A DNA stretch of 64,000 nucleotides from contig CCZZQB010000055.1 in assembly GCA_973895155.1 (NCBI GenBank), positions 6,115 to 70,114 on the forward strand. The letters are read 5' to 3'. The notes under the pieces are model-generated. The model did no database searches, was not told where the DNA came from, and was given only the letters and a program-made list of their open reading frames with translations. This stretch comes from Marsupella aquatica. Its lineage: Eukaryota; Plantae; Marchantiophyta. The position numbers and the translations under genes were made by a program. Positions 42,407 to 55,432 of this stretch are shown here, in pieces (position 1 is the first letter of the stretch; every line of letters begins with the position of its first letter).

Positions 42407-45400
42407 TGTCACGTCGTCAGCCTAGGCTTTAACCGGGCTTTGGCTCAGACAGGCACATCTTTTGTCAATATGAGGGTTCGGGCAAGGAGGGAGGCACGGA
42501 ATGCACCTAAATCACATAAACTAGCGCTAAGTGCGCCTATTGTCATATACGGACACTTCTTAGGTATGGTTTGTGTTCCGTCGCTGGAACGTATCTCAGT
42601 CGATAGCAGGACCGACCCCGGCTTATGGGCTTCTAAGCCTTCATGTTGTCTGCCTTTGATCCGGATTCGATGGTATGGGTACTCAACCCGGGCTCGCAAC
42701 CACTTACCCGCAAGCTGCACCCCGTGCACGACTCGGGTAGTGCGTTCGGCCAAATGTTGGCACCTATACACGAGATTCACACATATACAGACGCACAAGC
42801 ATACAATCTCGATTTACACGAAGGAAATAATGGGAAAGGATTTTACTACATAGGAGACATATGCGTACACTTAGTTGACCCAAAATCTCTGGAATGAACA
42901 GGTCCAAGGCTGATGGTGTACACTACAACGGAGCCTAGCTCTGCACTCGCCCAGCAAGCTTAGTCCTACACCCTCCCCTTGGTACACTTTCACTCCCAGA
43001 GGTCGGGACTCCCCGCACATACCGTGGATGTCCAACATTGAGACTAAAAACCCCCCTGCCTCTACCGAGGGGTGCACTAAATACTAAGGGCTGAGGAACG
43101 GAGTGCCCTCGCGCCCAAAGATTCGCTCACTAAGGTCCTAACTAAGCTGGCTGTCAGGCCGGAAAATGGCTTATCTTATTAGAAGATCCTAATCTACGCA
43201 GGTTGTACAGCATGGCAGTGCTGCTTTAACTAGGGTAGGTGCTTGTCCCTATAGCCTAATTTAGCTATTCCTAACTCTACTCTAATCCTACTCCGCCGCT
43301 AATGCCTGGCACGCTTGCCAGAGCCACCTGAGTGGGAGCGGCTATCCCGTTGCCTTCTGTGCCTGTCGGTGTCCTGCTTGAGTAGCTGGACCTGGTCCAG
43401 CAGAGATTTGTTTTCTCGCTTTGCCACGTCTGCCTCTTCCACGGCCTCCTGGCATGCCTCCTCTAGTTGCTGGGTGTCACTCATCAGCTTGTCCACCAAT
43501 TGGGCCTGTTTTGTGGCTTCTCCTTGAAGCCGCGCCACCTCTGCCTTCAGGGTGTCAATCTCGGCTGTGTCTCGCTGAGACTTGGAGTCAGCTTCCTCCA
43601 GATCCTTTTGCCAACTGATGGCTTGCCCCTGCAAACCGTCAATCTTGGTCCAGAGCCGCGCGATCTCGACGTCCTTTCCGAGCCCGGCTTGTACTCCTAC
43701 GCTGCTTGGGCTCTAGCCTCCGCAACCTGGTCCTCCGTGGCCGTTATCTGAGGCCGTAGTTGCTGGAGTTCAGCCTCTAGGGTTGCCACTTTGTCCTTCA
43801 GGTAGGCAGACTCAACCCGATATCGCTCTATTCTCTGTGCGGTCTCTGCCTGCGCATGTCCTGCCCTTACTGCCGCAACCAACTCCTGGTTGAAGAAGTA
43901 GGCCACCCTCCGGGCCATGTATTCCCCGGTGTCACGAGAGATCTGTTGCGAGAAATCTTCCAACAACCCGTTCAGAGATGTGCCCGACGCAAAGAGTTCC
44001 GGATGGTCTAGACTGTGTCCTTCTGGATTCGGGCACGGGCAGACTCCAACCCGTGCGAGAGTAGGAGTGGACACATCCAGCCCTTGAGGTAAGTCGGTCA
44101 AAGGAGCTGGTCCCACTGGAGGTGGGTGGTTCTCCGGCACAACCGCGAGGGGTGGAGGAATCTCCCCGGCTACCATGGCATCTGCTTCGGGTACGGCTTC
44201 ATCCGGCCCGGCTTTGATGGCATTGTCCCAATTGATCATGTCTAAGGTCGCGATAACGTCAATGGGTATGCCTGGCGGGGCGGTAGCGGCGGGTTGCGGG
44301 GCCATGGTAGCAGGACTTGCAGCTGCTAGACTTTGAGCCTCGGGCTACGGTCGCCTTACCTGGGCTGGGAACACCCATTTTGGCGGGGCCAACTCGGGCT
44401 CGTTGAGATGCGGGAGGCTCTGACGGTCAAAATGAGCGTACCACTCGAGGATGATTTTGATGTGGCTAGCGAAGTACGCCCTCCCACCAAGGTACAAAGT
44501 CTTCCTTCTCCGCTCCATCTCCTCGTGGAACTTCTTGATGAAGCAGGACGCCCACTTCCTGGGCCGATAGTTCTCCACCTGGATGACCTGAGCGGCCAAT
44601 ATTTCTCCTCTGGGTTCCATCATGTGGAGGGCATACCGCTGGAACTCTAGGCGTTCTGCTACCTCTGGGATGAGGCACGTCCTCATTAAGAACCCATTGT
44701 CCACTACTCCCTCGGCCGGAAAGCTAGATGACTGGTATTTAGCTCCCTTGCCCCTTGGAGCCCGCGGCTCTACCCGGTTTATCCCCTTGGGTAAGCCAAA
44801 AATCATCTTCAGACGTGCCTCATTGAGACACATCACTCTCCCATGCGCTCGAGTTTTTTGGCGGGCCTCATTGAAGTTCTGAATGAACTCCGTCATATCC
44901 TGCCCGTAATACCTACTTTCGTTCCAAGGGAGAGAGGCGAGGTGCTCAAACCCCTGGGTCTTCAGATAGCATGCATGCTTGGGGTGGAGGATGTTCTTGT
45001 GAACATTGTCCCCCATGCGATGCATGGTCAGCTTGGCTACCGCAACTGTGGCCAAAGGCAACCCGGATACGGCTGTAGGCTTCTTCCTCTTCCTACCCCG
45101 AGACTGATTACCGGGGTGACTAGAAGAAGGGGACATCTCTCCTTCCTCTCGGTCAGGTGGTGGTAGCGCCACTACCGTGAGTATTGGTGTCGGGGCCGCT
45201 AGCGTTACCGTGTTATCCCCTTGGGCTTGCTGGAGTGGTGTTGGGTTGTTCGTACCCTGCGGCCGTTGATTCAGAGGAGGGTGAGCCTCCTCGTCTTCGA
45301 AGCTGATATTTACCGCATTCACCACGGATGGTACTCGGAGAGGTGGTGGAACCGGTGGCGGGGACCAGCTTGGCTGAGGCCGAGGAGGTGTAGGTGCGGG

Positions 45401-46366
45401 TACGAGCACGGGTTGGCCGGCACTGGTCGTTGATGGTAGAGTTGCCATGAAGTTCTGCAGGTGTCGGTGGAGGTTTTCCGATGCAAGTGAAGATGGTCCT
45501 GTCGACCGGGTAGTGTTGAACTCGCCGTTGATGATAGCCCAAACCCGAGCGGGGATGTGGTCGAAGTGGTGCCATTGCAAGTCGATCGTGCCCGAAATAT
45601 TGAAGACCTCGTCCGGAAGCCGAAGCAATGCCTCCCAGAAGCCGATGTATTTGCCTCCGTCGAAGAAGTACCCTGATACCTCTTCAGGTCGGTAAAGCTC
45701 GCTATGGGATGGGTACTCAAAGTTAAGGAGATAGTGGTGGCAGCCTGCTAGGCGGATGGCTCTCTCGTATTCGCGTTCGATCTCATATTGGCGCGGGTTG
45801 GCATGTTTCAATGAGTCGGCCAAGTGCCCTCCGATAGACAGGAACTGAGTCCAGAATTGTATGGCCGAACTGGAAAGGATTGTGTGCGACATTCAGAGGA
45901 GATAGCAGGTGACTAAGGAAAAGCGAGAGAGTTGGGATCGAAGCTGGCGCGTGGACTGGAGAGCTGGTGCACTACAAAGGATCGGCCCCCCTTTTATACC
46001 CTGAGAGGTCGTTGATCACCCGACGCCTCCTCGTCGCTTATAGGTCGAGCCTTTCACGCTCGCAGTGTACCAGCCCCTTCGCCAGTCCAGGTCAGCTCGT
46101 GTCAGTGGCCGCCTCCCGGAGTTTGTTATACGGACCCAAGGGAGGGGGAAAAAGGGCCCATTACATGCTCGCAACCCGGGCGTGCGAATGGCGACCTGCC
46201 GCCAGCCTGAACATGAATTCCCCTTATTGACTAATGATTTCCTACTTAGAATGGCTACCTAAATATTGTCGTTATGCTAATAATAACGGCCTAAGATACC
46301 CCTAACGCGCATGCTAAGCGCAATTAGACTGAATTACTCATTACCCGCCGTACCGGCGGCATCACA
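42407..46366 (-). repeat. 5' LTR of element C (family B, copy B3, 3960 bp)
   Basis: Minus strand TGTGATGCC...CGTGACA; followed by PBS and gag; matches B2. Confidence 0.88.
43299..45892 (-). pseudogene. LTR-embedded ORF of family B (in-frame stops and a frameshift)
   Basis: GFEHLASLPW...TEFIQNF...MIFGLP...NGFLMRTC...HMMEPRGEI, followed by a Pro/Ala linker and coiled coil. Confidence 0.8.
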
Positions 46367-48688
46367 AGAGGGTTGAAGCTCGCACCCTACTGCCGGCCGC
46401 CATGGACGTCCCTCGAAGAAAAGTAGAAAAGTGTGATCAGGCCGGCGCGAACGTCAAGTTAGGTTGTGACGGGGTGGACGTCCCTACGTGGAGGCCATCC
46501 AAGACGTCCATGAGTTTTTCACGTGGGCCGGCGCGGAAGGAGTTGGCCGTCCTTGCGAAAAATGGGTGCCGTCCCTGTACATGTAGAAGTCGTCCAAGCC
46601 GGCGCCGTCTTTGCCATCTTCATGAGGAGGTGGTCCAGGACTTCAATCAGGAGTTGGAGGCCTTTCAGAGGATAGAGCGGTACCGGGTTGAGTCCGTGTA
46701 CCTAAAGAAAGAAGTTCTGCTCCTTGAGACAACTGTTTGGCAAGGGTTGGGGTAGCCTGGAACTCCTTGTTGCTACTGATTCCAGAACACACACCCAGTC
46801 TGCCTGCCTTTTCCTGCATTATCAAATGTTGTGGGCTCTATGGATGGGACGAAATGAGCAGATTTTTGAGAAAAAGGTGATCCGAGTATTTGATTTTGGG
46901 CTGGTCCTATCGGAAACCGAGACTCACTTGCGGGCTGCGGGCTGGTGCCTCCCCATTGGTGGGCGGCGCATCAGACTGGCTAAGGCTAGGGATCTCATAG
47001 CTTTAGAACGACGACAGTGGTTTGCTAGGAGTACTGGCAGAGTCACCTCTGTGGCTGCGTTGCTGGTCTAGGAGTGATAGCTATTGGAAGAGGTCGAATG
47101 GGATACCTCGCTTTACCGGCTCTAGGGCTCTAGAAGTTGACATGATGTATGGGTCACTCACATTTTGGGCCACTAGGTTTAGTCCCCCCCTTTTTTTATT
47201 GTGATTCTGGCCTTTGCTTTTGCCGCTGGCCTCCCTTAGGGAGTTGTTCTGATTTATCTATGGGGCTGTTTGCTTCCCCCCGGCCGTGGGGTTTTCGCGG
47301 TCTCACCTTTTTATTATAAAAAATATTTTCCCAGGAAGAGGCTGAGCTTCTGGAACTATGACCCAAGGTTGCAGCCGCCGATGAGTTGTTAGCAAATGCG
47401 CACCGCCCTAGCCAAATAGGCCAAAGCTGGGAAGGAGGCCGAGATTGCATGGCTCCGGACCCAGGTTGACAGTTTGAAGAACCAAACTATCATCTGGCAG
47501 AAAGACCTGGAGGAGGCCAAAGAGCGGGCCCAGCATGACGCTGCGGAGATAGCCGCCCTACAGGCTGAAGTAGTGTGGCTTCAAACCAAAGCCGAGAAGT
47601 AGAGCAGATGGTGGACAAGCTGACAAGCAACGCCCAGCAACTGGAAGAGGCATGCCAGGAGGCAGTTGAGGAGACGGACACGGCGAAGCGAGAGAACAAA
47701 TCTCTGCTAGACCAAGTCCAGCTCCTCAAGACGGACAATGACAGACTCCGTAGGTAGCGGATGGCCGCTCCCACTCGGACGGCTCTGGCAAGCACACCAG
47801 GTATTAGCGGAGGGTTAGGCTTAGAATAGAACTAGGAGTAGCTAAAACAGGCTGTTAGGACTGTAAGCGTCGACCAGAAGATAGTGGCGCTAACATATTA
47901 GCCAGCCTGTGTAGAATAGGTTAGACTAATAGGACAAGTCGTAACCAGCTTAGTGAGGATATAAGTTAGTGTAGATTCGGGCACAAGGCCAGGTTGGTCC
48001 TCAGCCCTTAGTATTTAGCAGCCCCCCGGTAGAGGCAAGGGGGGATTTTAGACTTAGAAGTGGGCCATTCGCGGTACGCGCCTAGAGTCCTGAACTCGGT
48101 GAAGTGTCGAAGTGCCAAGGAGAGGGTATACAACTAAGCTCGTCGGGCGAGTGCGGAGCCGGGCTCCGTTGTAGTGTAATACACCTCAGCCTTGGACCCG
48201 TTCATTCACGAGGTGTCAGGTCAACCAATCGTAAGTGTATGATCCTATATGAATGAAATCCTTTCCCCTTAATTCCTTCATGTAAATCAAGATTTCTGTT
48301 ATGTATGAATGCATGTATGAGTCTCGTGTGCAAGTATCAATGTCAGGCCAAACAGGTTATGCCAACCGTGCATGGGGTGCAGGTTACGGGTTCGGGGTTG
48401 CGAGCCCGGGTTGAGCCCTTGTACTAATGGATCCGGATCAAAGGCGCTAATACAAAGGCTTAGAAGTCCGTAAGCCGGGGTCAAACCCGTGTCGACTGAG
48501 GTACGTTCCGGCGGCGGAACACAAAGTATACCTAAGCATGCTAGTAAGTAAATATACGCGCTCTTAGCGCTAGTTTGGAAGAATTATACACAGTCCGCAC
48601 GTCCCTCCTTGCTCGGACCCGAATACTAACAGGGGAAGTGTTTGTCTTAGACGTAAATAGGCCTAAGGACTAGGCCAACGGCGTGATA
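46367..48688 (+). repeat. Older B-like LTR remnant (B4), target of element C
   Basis: RIERYRVESVYLK and VEQMVDKLTSNAQQLEEACQEA match the B ORF; the 3' end GGCGTGATA aligns with the B3 end GACGTGACA. Confidence 0.7.
46730..47325 (+). mobile_element. 5'-truncated L1-like LINE fragment (boundaries approximate)
   Basis: LWALWMGRNEQIFE matches the WxIWxxRNxxIF motif of L1 ORF2 C-termini; A-rich tail near 47318; interrupts the B4 ORF. Confidence 0.6.
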
Positions 48689-50336
48689 GAGATTCTACGT
48701 ACCGCCAATCGAGAAGAGAATAGGAAACTCAACGGCCATTAGAACAAAGGCATTGCCAAAATTTGCAAAGATTAGCATCGCCCAGCGCTAGTATGCTGGA
48801 AGGGAAGGGGGAATTCCAAGGCAAAAGATAGAGATTGTACGTGACATCAATCAGGAAGTGAACAGGAAACTCAATTTCAAGCATTTCAAACCAAGAGAGG
48901 CCACGGCAGATGTTGAATATTTTCAGCGATGTGCACTACCTTAAATGTCGGACTCCTAGAAATCAATAGTTGGAACATACAATTCAATGTCTACGCCTAA
49001 ACACGGAACACAATGAACATAAGCAACGCTTGACGCTAGCTCAAATCTTGGAATCAACGAATGACCACAAAAGAACAAGAGAGCCGATCCAAAACTGCAA
49101 GCTTTACTTCCAAAATGGGTCAAAACATATAACCGGTATTACATCAACCACAGATCATCCCCAAATCAACCCACGGAATAACATGAACATAAGCAGTGCT
49201 TGGCATAGCTTAAATCTAGCTCTCTAAAAAGGAAATCGTCACCAACACACTAAAACTAGACCTTCTATCACTGAAAGCACCTCCAGCCCGAGAACCAAAA
49301 TGCCTACAATTTCTAGTTGTTGTCGAAGCCCGCCGAAGCCCGCCCTGGCCCGTCTGTGCATTTTCTCAACCTGATCCGCACATAACTGGGACACTGATCC
49401 AAAATGGGCCTAAAGATGTAGCCGGAAATACACGAACTCCGAATCAACCAAAGAAGAAATCCCACGGTCCAAGATGGACAAAAGCAGCGCTCGACGCTAG
49501 CTTAAATGGCGATTAAGGAATAGCAAATTGTATGCAAGTCTATGGCCACTGAAGCTTATGTCACTCAAACCACCTCCATCCTGAAACACTTTAGCTCTAC
49601 GATTGGCAGTCATCGTCGATGCCCGCCCTAGCCCGTCTATGGTTTTGCTTGAACCCTAGACCCCTAAGCCGCACATAAGACGACAAGGGGCGCCAAAACT
49701 CCGCATATTGATTCCCGGGGTCTAGAACATTTGTATCAAGGAAGTCAACACGTCCCAATCGCTCTTGCACTCGTCGCTCAATAGGCTGAATACCATCAGC
49801 AGGAATGACTTCATGAAAAGAAAACCAATCAGCAACTGCGCGCGGAGTGTCACGGTCGTCAATCCAAGGTATGTTTCTCTCCCCAGGACCAATCGCCTCA
49901 TCATAAGGAAGCGCAAAATGATTCCGGAAAGTCAAGGTCTCGGTGGAAGTGTCACCATGAACGGACTTGAAGGAGCTAAAGTGACTCTCCTCCGGTCAAA
50001 CTCTAGAAGGAGCGAAGAAGGCAAGCATTTCCTCCAAAGACATGAGTTCCTTCTTCTCCATCTGGTGGGAACTGTTAAACAAAATTGAGGCTAATGACAA
50101 GACCGATGTTGTTGAAATGACCCGACTTCAAGAGAGGTTGTGCCTGAAATGACTCGGAAGAGTGACCTAATGGAGAGTTTAAGGTTCAATGGAAAAAGGA
50201 CCATTGAGAAAAACCAACCGCAACATGTGAGAAAGAGACGACTGTTTCCGGTAATAACAAAATATGCGGGGCCACAGAACGGACAAAAGATTCAAAATTT
50301 GTAATTAGAAAAGGAGACGTTTGGGGAGCGCCCGAC

Positions 50337-53300
50337 TGTGATGCCTAGCCAGGAATCACTAGGCCGGTTTACATGGTAAAAGCAGGAGTGTACCCTGGAA
50401 ACACCTTAGTATAGTAACAAGACAAGGAAAAATATAAACAATTAAGGGTGACTATGGAACCCGGGCCGAGGCCAGAAGTAAGGACGCCAGGGGAGAGAAT
50501 ACGATTAGGGTTAGGGCGCGCTAAGCGTCGGCGGCTAGGGGTGACCAACGGGTGGGAAGACCAGAGGAGGAGAGGGGTAAGGACCGCTCGCAAGGAATAG
50601 CGGCTCATTTGCAAGAACGAACTGGGCAGACGACTACGGGAGGCCAAATGCTGTCAGCTGCTTAGGCAAGCGCTTGGGGTGGGAACAGATACCAACGATC
50701 GACTCAAGGAGGGTATGAGCAACGTCAATCAAGCGGCATATTTTTGGGGATGCCTGTTCGAACGGGCAGGTGAGTACGTCAGGACTTACGAAGACAAAGA
50801 ATCAGAGAGAGCAGCTCGAGAACGGCAAGAGCTTGCTCGGCTCTGGGAACTGCAAAAGACGGCTTTCTTAGGAGGAGAACTTATCAAGGCCGAGTTCTTG
50901 TGGACTCCTACTGCCAATCAGCTCGACGACCTTCTATTTTGCAAAAATAGAATCGTCGGCATCCGGGAAGCCATCAATCGCTGCAACGACCTACACTGGG
51001 AGTTGAAGGGTAACACGGAAGGGTGGACAAAGGCAACCTTGCTAGGAGAAACATCCACGGCAGCCAAGATGAAGAGGAAAGGAAACATCAACGAAGAGGC
51101 CACCCCGGCAAAAAGAACAAGGTCGGCGGCACCAAGGAAGCCAGCAGAGCAGCAAGGCAGGAGGCAGGGAGAAGCCGAAGAGGAAGAGGTCGATCCCATC
51201 AATGCCATTCCAACAAACAATGACACCTGGAAAGGCTGGGCGGCGACCCTACCGGAGGAAGTGCAATTACACTTTGCACGGGAGGAGGATGCATGCTTTA
51301 CGGCCATGCAGACCAAGAAGTACCAGGGCTTCATGGCCGGATCCGGCTTGGAAGCCTTCGTAAGATTACCATGGCTGAAGCCGGAGGTGCCGGACTCAGA
51401 CTTATTAGAGTTCGTGGGATCATGGGAACCCGAGACCAATTCCACGAGGGTGTATGGGAAGGATTTCTATCTCACTCCCCGGGTGATTGCTGAGGTGTTT
51501 GGCTTGCCGATGGGTAATAAGACCAAGGTTGATACGAGGAAGACCTTACCTAACAAGGAGTTTTGGTCGTTCCCAGGACCATCAACAAAGAATGGCTTCT
51601 TTCGGAACACCTGCACCAACCCGCACATCGGAGAGATGATTGATTTCTTGTGGGTGACCATGCACTGTAACTTGCCGAGGGCAGAGATCGGCAAGGCTCA
51701 GGTCTACCTGGCAGAAAGGCCAGACCCAAGCCGGGATTACAACGGGTACCTCCTCAACCAACTGACAAAGATCTTGAAGGAGGAACAGTAGGTGATCGGT
51801 GTGGGAAGCGTGTCCCGGCTTGGCTATCACATGCCGCTGTTGTGCCGGTATGCCAGAAGTCAAATCTTTGCCCCAGTACTTCCCCTATCGGCAAGGGCAC
51901 CGGAGGAGGTCCCGGAGCAGAGGCCGGCACCAGAGAAGCCCAACCAACCCGACAGTCCGACGATCGAGCAGGTGTTTAGGCCAAGGAAAGAAGACTTGCC
52001 GATGCAGCAACCAAGCATGCAAAATCTGCTGAAATTGTTGGAGAAGGAAAAGAGAACGGCAACGGCAACGGGACCGATACAGGACGCTGCCCCAGAAGTT
52101 GGCCTAAGCCGACTCAGAAGGGAAGACCCCTTTACCGGAACCAAGGAGAGATTGAGGCCGGAACACAAGCCGGGAGTGCGAATGTACGTGGGAGCCTCAA
52201 GCCCCGAATCAGAGGTAGAGGAGCCGGGAGTCCAAGTAGTGGAGGAGGCGATGGAGGACTACAGCAATGATAACTCCGACTATGGGTCGGATCATCATGT
52301 TCCAGGAGTAAGGACCTGTGGCCGATTTATCCCCACGCTTCCAAGAGTAGTTCGAGGGGACCCCACCCAACAGAGTAACCCCGAGTCTCCCCCACCAGAG
52401 GTTGCTCCCCCGAGCTTTGACGGCATAAAGAAGACGGCACAAGAATTTCAGGAGCGACTTAGGGAGGAAGAGAGAGCAGCCCTGGCTAGGGAGAAGGATT
52501 TACCAGGAGGAGATTGGCCGGAGGACATCAGGCGGCTTGCCGAAAAAAGAAGCAACCCTCTTGCCACCGTAGAAGAAATCCGCAAGACGGCTTGGGAGCA
52601 AAGGCCGCGGTGGTTGATGCCGATGACTTCTAGTTACTCCACCTATGCTAAGGATAGAGCCATGGAGTACGGGGAGATGTGTGGGGACCTGGCGCTCAGC
52701 ATCTTTGGGGAGAAGTTGGAGCAGGGACCCTTTTTCCAGAGGGAGATGTTGGAAAAGCACCGATTAGAAGAAGCGGTGACTTTGGAGAGAAGCAAGAAGG
52801 AGGAGGTCATCCGACGGCTTAGGGAGAAGGAAGCCGAGGTGGAAGTCCTGCAGGCGGCCAAGAAAGCCCAAGATGAGTTGCGGATTAAGCGGCATGAGCT
52901 AAACATCATGCAGGGGCAGTTGGATACCGCTAAGTCTTACAATCAGATTATCAAAGATAAACTGACTCGGACCCAAGGAGAGTTGGCCGACGCAGTCAAA
53001 GAAAGAGAGAAATGGAAGTGGGAGCTAAGGGACGCAGAGGAGGCCCATTTAACCTCCAACAACCGGACCATGGCGGAGACTCAGAGAAGGGAGAGGGCGT
53101 TGAAGGGAGAGCTCGAAGATATCCGCGGAGCCCTTGAGCAGAAGGAAGCAGAGTTAGGGAAATCCTATCAAGGGATTATTGCGCTGCAGCAAGAGCTTGC
53201 GTCCTTGACGGCCAGCTTCAAGGCCGACCTGCGTGAAAAGGACGACCAGCTCGACCAGACTTATGCCAAGATGAATAAGATGGAGTCTGTGGTCGTAGCG

Positions 53301-54897
53301 GAGCTTGACAAGGAGCTAAGAGCAACCCAGGAGGAGAGGGCTACCTTAAAGAAAGAATTGGAGGAAGCCAATAAGGAGTTGGAGGAGGCGCGCAAGGACC
53401 TGGACGAGACCCAGGAGGAGTTGGAGGAAATCACGAGGAAGATGGAGAACCTACAGCGGCGGGCCGACAACCAAACGGAGCGGCTGAAGACACAAGCCGC
53501 AGTATTTAAATGCTTGGCTTCATCAGGTCCAACTCCAATTGGGGGAACCCAGTTACCAGGGGTAGTATTGGCCGAAGGACAAGCCGTAACACTCACCCCG
53601 GTGCCGGAGGTAAGTGGCAAGGGGGAGGAACCGACTGTCAAAATAGGGAAGAAGTATAAGCGGAAACCTTCTAGGTCTGGAAGTTATACGGCTTCTCAAG
53701 CTGTTGTGACCGAGACGATAAACCCGGCACCAACCTCCGGTATCGGCACGGCGGTGGATCCACCAGTCCTAGGAAGTGGAGATGGCAAGGCCGAGGCCGG
53801 GAGAACCAGTGTTGCCGAGGTACCGGATCCTCCACTAGAACATGTCGGGGAGGCCATAGCCGTGGCGGAGGCCGTGACCGATGCTGAGGCCAAAGCCGAG
53901 GGTGGACCCAGTCAGGCCGATGAAGAGTTGACTCGATCAGGGGCAGGTAATCTGTCAGAAGACGGACCAACAGGAGTGGTTGCGGAGGAAGCGTTGGGGG
54001 CGTCCATTGAGGACCAGCCACCGGTGTCGTGACGGTGTAAGGGCGTCGTCCCTTTTAGGGAGGGCGGACGTGTAGGTAGGAGGCGTGAGTGGGCAGGGTG
54101 GGCGCTGATCTCCAAGTTTAGACTTTGGATCAGGACCAGGAGACGGCCCTGACACTTAGATTAGTGGGATTTTGGATCCACGGGTGAGGACGACACTTGT
54201 GTAGATTAGGCTTACGCTGCAAGGAATCAGGCGGATCCACGGCCAGAATAAGTACCTGGGCTGCGGGGAGTTCAGGGCCTCTTCTTTAACAAGTTTTTAG
54301 TTGCACCAGCAGGGCTGGGATCAAGTAGTAAGAGAAGCTCTCGGTTAGTTATACAGTGACCCTTGTGTATATTCATGTTTCCTCATGCCTAAGAGCTGAA
54401 TAGAGTTGGCCTCACGGCTTAGTTCGCAGAGCTTGTGTATGAGATGTACTGTTTGTATTACAAGTGCATGGTATAACTCAGTCCTAAGGAGTCATTTTGC
54501 TATTTGTGTGTCGCATTAACTTGTGTGAAGAGTGCCCACATCAACAAGTAGAAGGGAAGTAAGCAAGGGAGTGAGAGTTGGATGTGTCGAGCTGAGAGAG
54601 GTCTTAGCGGCTTAACCAAGCCAATTGGGGATCATTCTGGCGGCGGAATCCAAATATACCTAACCAACAGGAGGGAAAGACAAGAGAAGGCCTAGATTAG
54701 GCCGGCTACGTATCTCATGACCCGATGAAGGATCTGTCCAGTATATGTGTGTAAAATGTTAATAGTAGTAGTAGAAGGATGTTAGCAGCGTCCCATGCGG
54801 CTAAGCTGCGGAAACGGCCTTGCCGAGCACGAAACTTGCGGGAATCGGCTTGTGCGGGGGGGTTTCTTGGGTTTGGGGAGCCATGGGACGCACCACA
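50337..54897 (+). mobile_element. Solo LTR, family A (copy A3, 4561 bp)
   Basis: TGTGATGC...GCACCACA flanked by a perfect 5-bp TSD CCGAC (50332-50336 and 54898-54902). Confidence 0.95.
50715..54032 (+). pseudogene. LTR-embedded ORF of A3 (about 1105 aa; single TAG at 51789-51791)
   Basis: Collinear with the A1 ORF; the stop aligns with CAG in A1. Confidence 0.85.
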
Positions 54898-55432
54898 CCG
54901 ACGCTAGTAAGGGAAGTGAGGAATTTAATACACTTTATTATCAATGTAACATAAACCAATCATAAGTGGGATAATGAATACATGTATTTTGATAACAACG
55001 CCCAGTGCTGGTAAAATCTTAGCCGCAAAAACTCTTCATGAATCGGACGATTCTGATTCGGAGCTCTGTGACCTCTCGGTCAAGACCGCCTTGTCATCTA
55101 CAAACTTCATCCTACAAACTTCATCTACATAAGGATTTTGGACAAATTTTCTATCAAATCCTCTCCATAGCCGGAGACCTTTGTTTTCCCAAAAAAGAGT
55201 CCTCTGATTATCTTCCATTCTTGCAGTGTTCTCAGCATAAGAGGGTAAAACGAATGGTTTCTCTAGAGTGACAATTTCAAAATGAGCTACTTTTCTTCTG
55301 AGTTTGAAGCGCCTTCTCGTATTCCATTTGGACCTGGGTGAGAACAGAAGTTTGTCAACCGATTGCATGAATGGATAGCACAAAAGCATGAAGGAACTAG
55401 AAAGGAGAAAGAAGCTTACAAGTTTCAGAACA

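Larger units (their letters stand above)
26017..46366 (-). mobile_element. Degenerate Ty3/gypsy element C (5' LTR B3, PBS, gag-PR-pol, PPT, 3' LTR B2) with nested insertions
   Basis: All structural parts are present in order on the minus strand; the pol 3' end (EDASQLSRELCDA) is homologous to element 1. Confidence 0.85.

Noticed and set aside
49597-49935. 112-aa ORF and neighbouring short ORFs at 48.9-50.1 kb and 57.0-59.4 kb as genes
   Set aside because: No recognisable motifs; may be decayed exons but cannot be supported from sequence alone.
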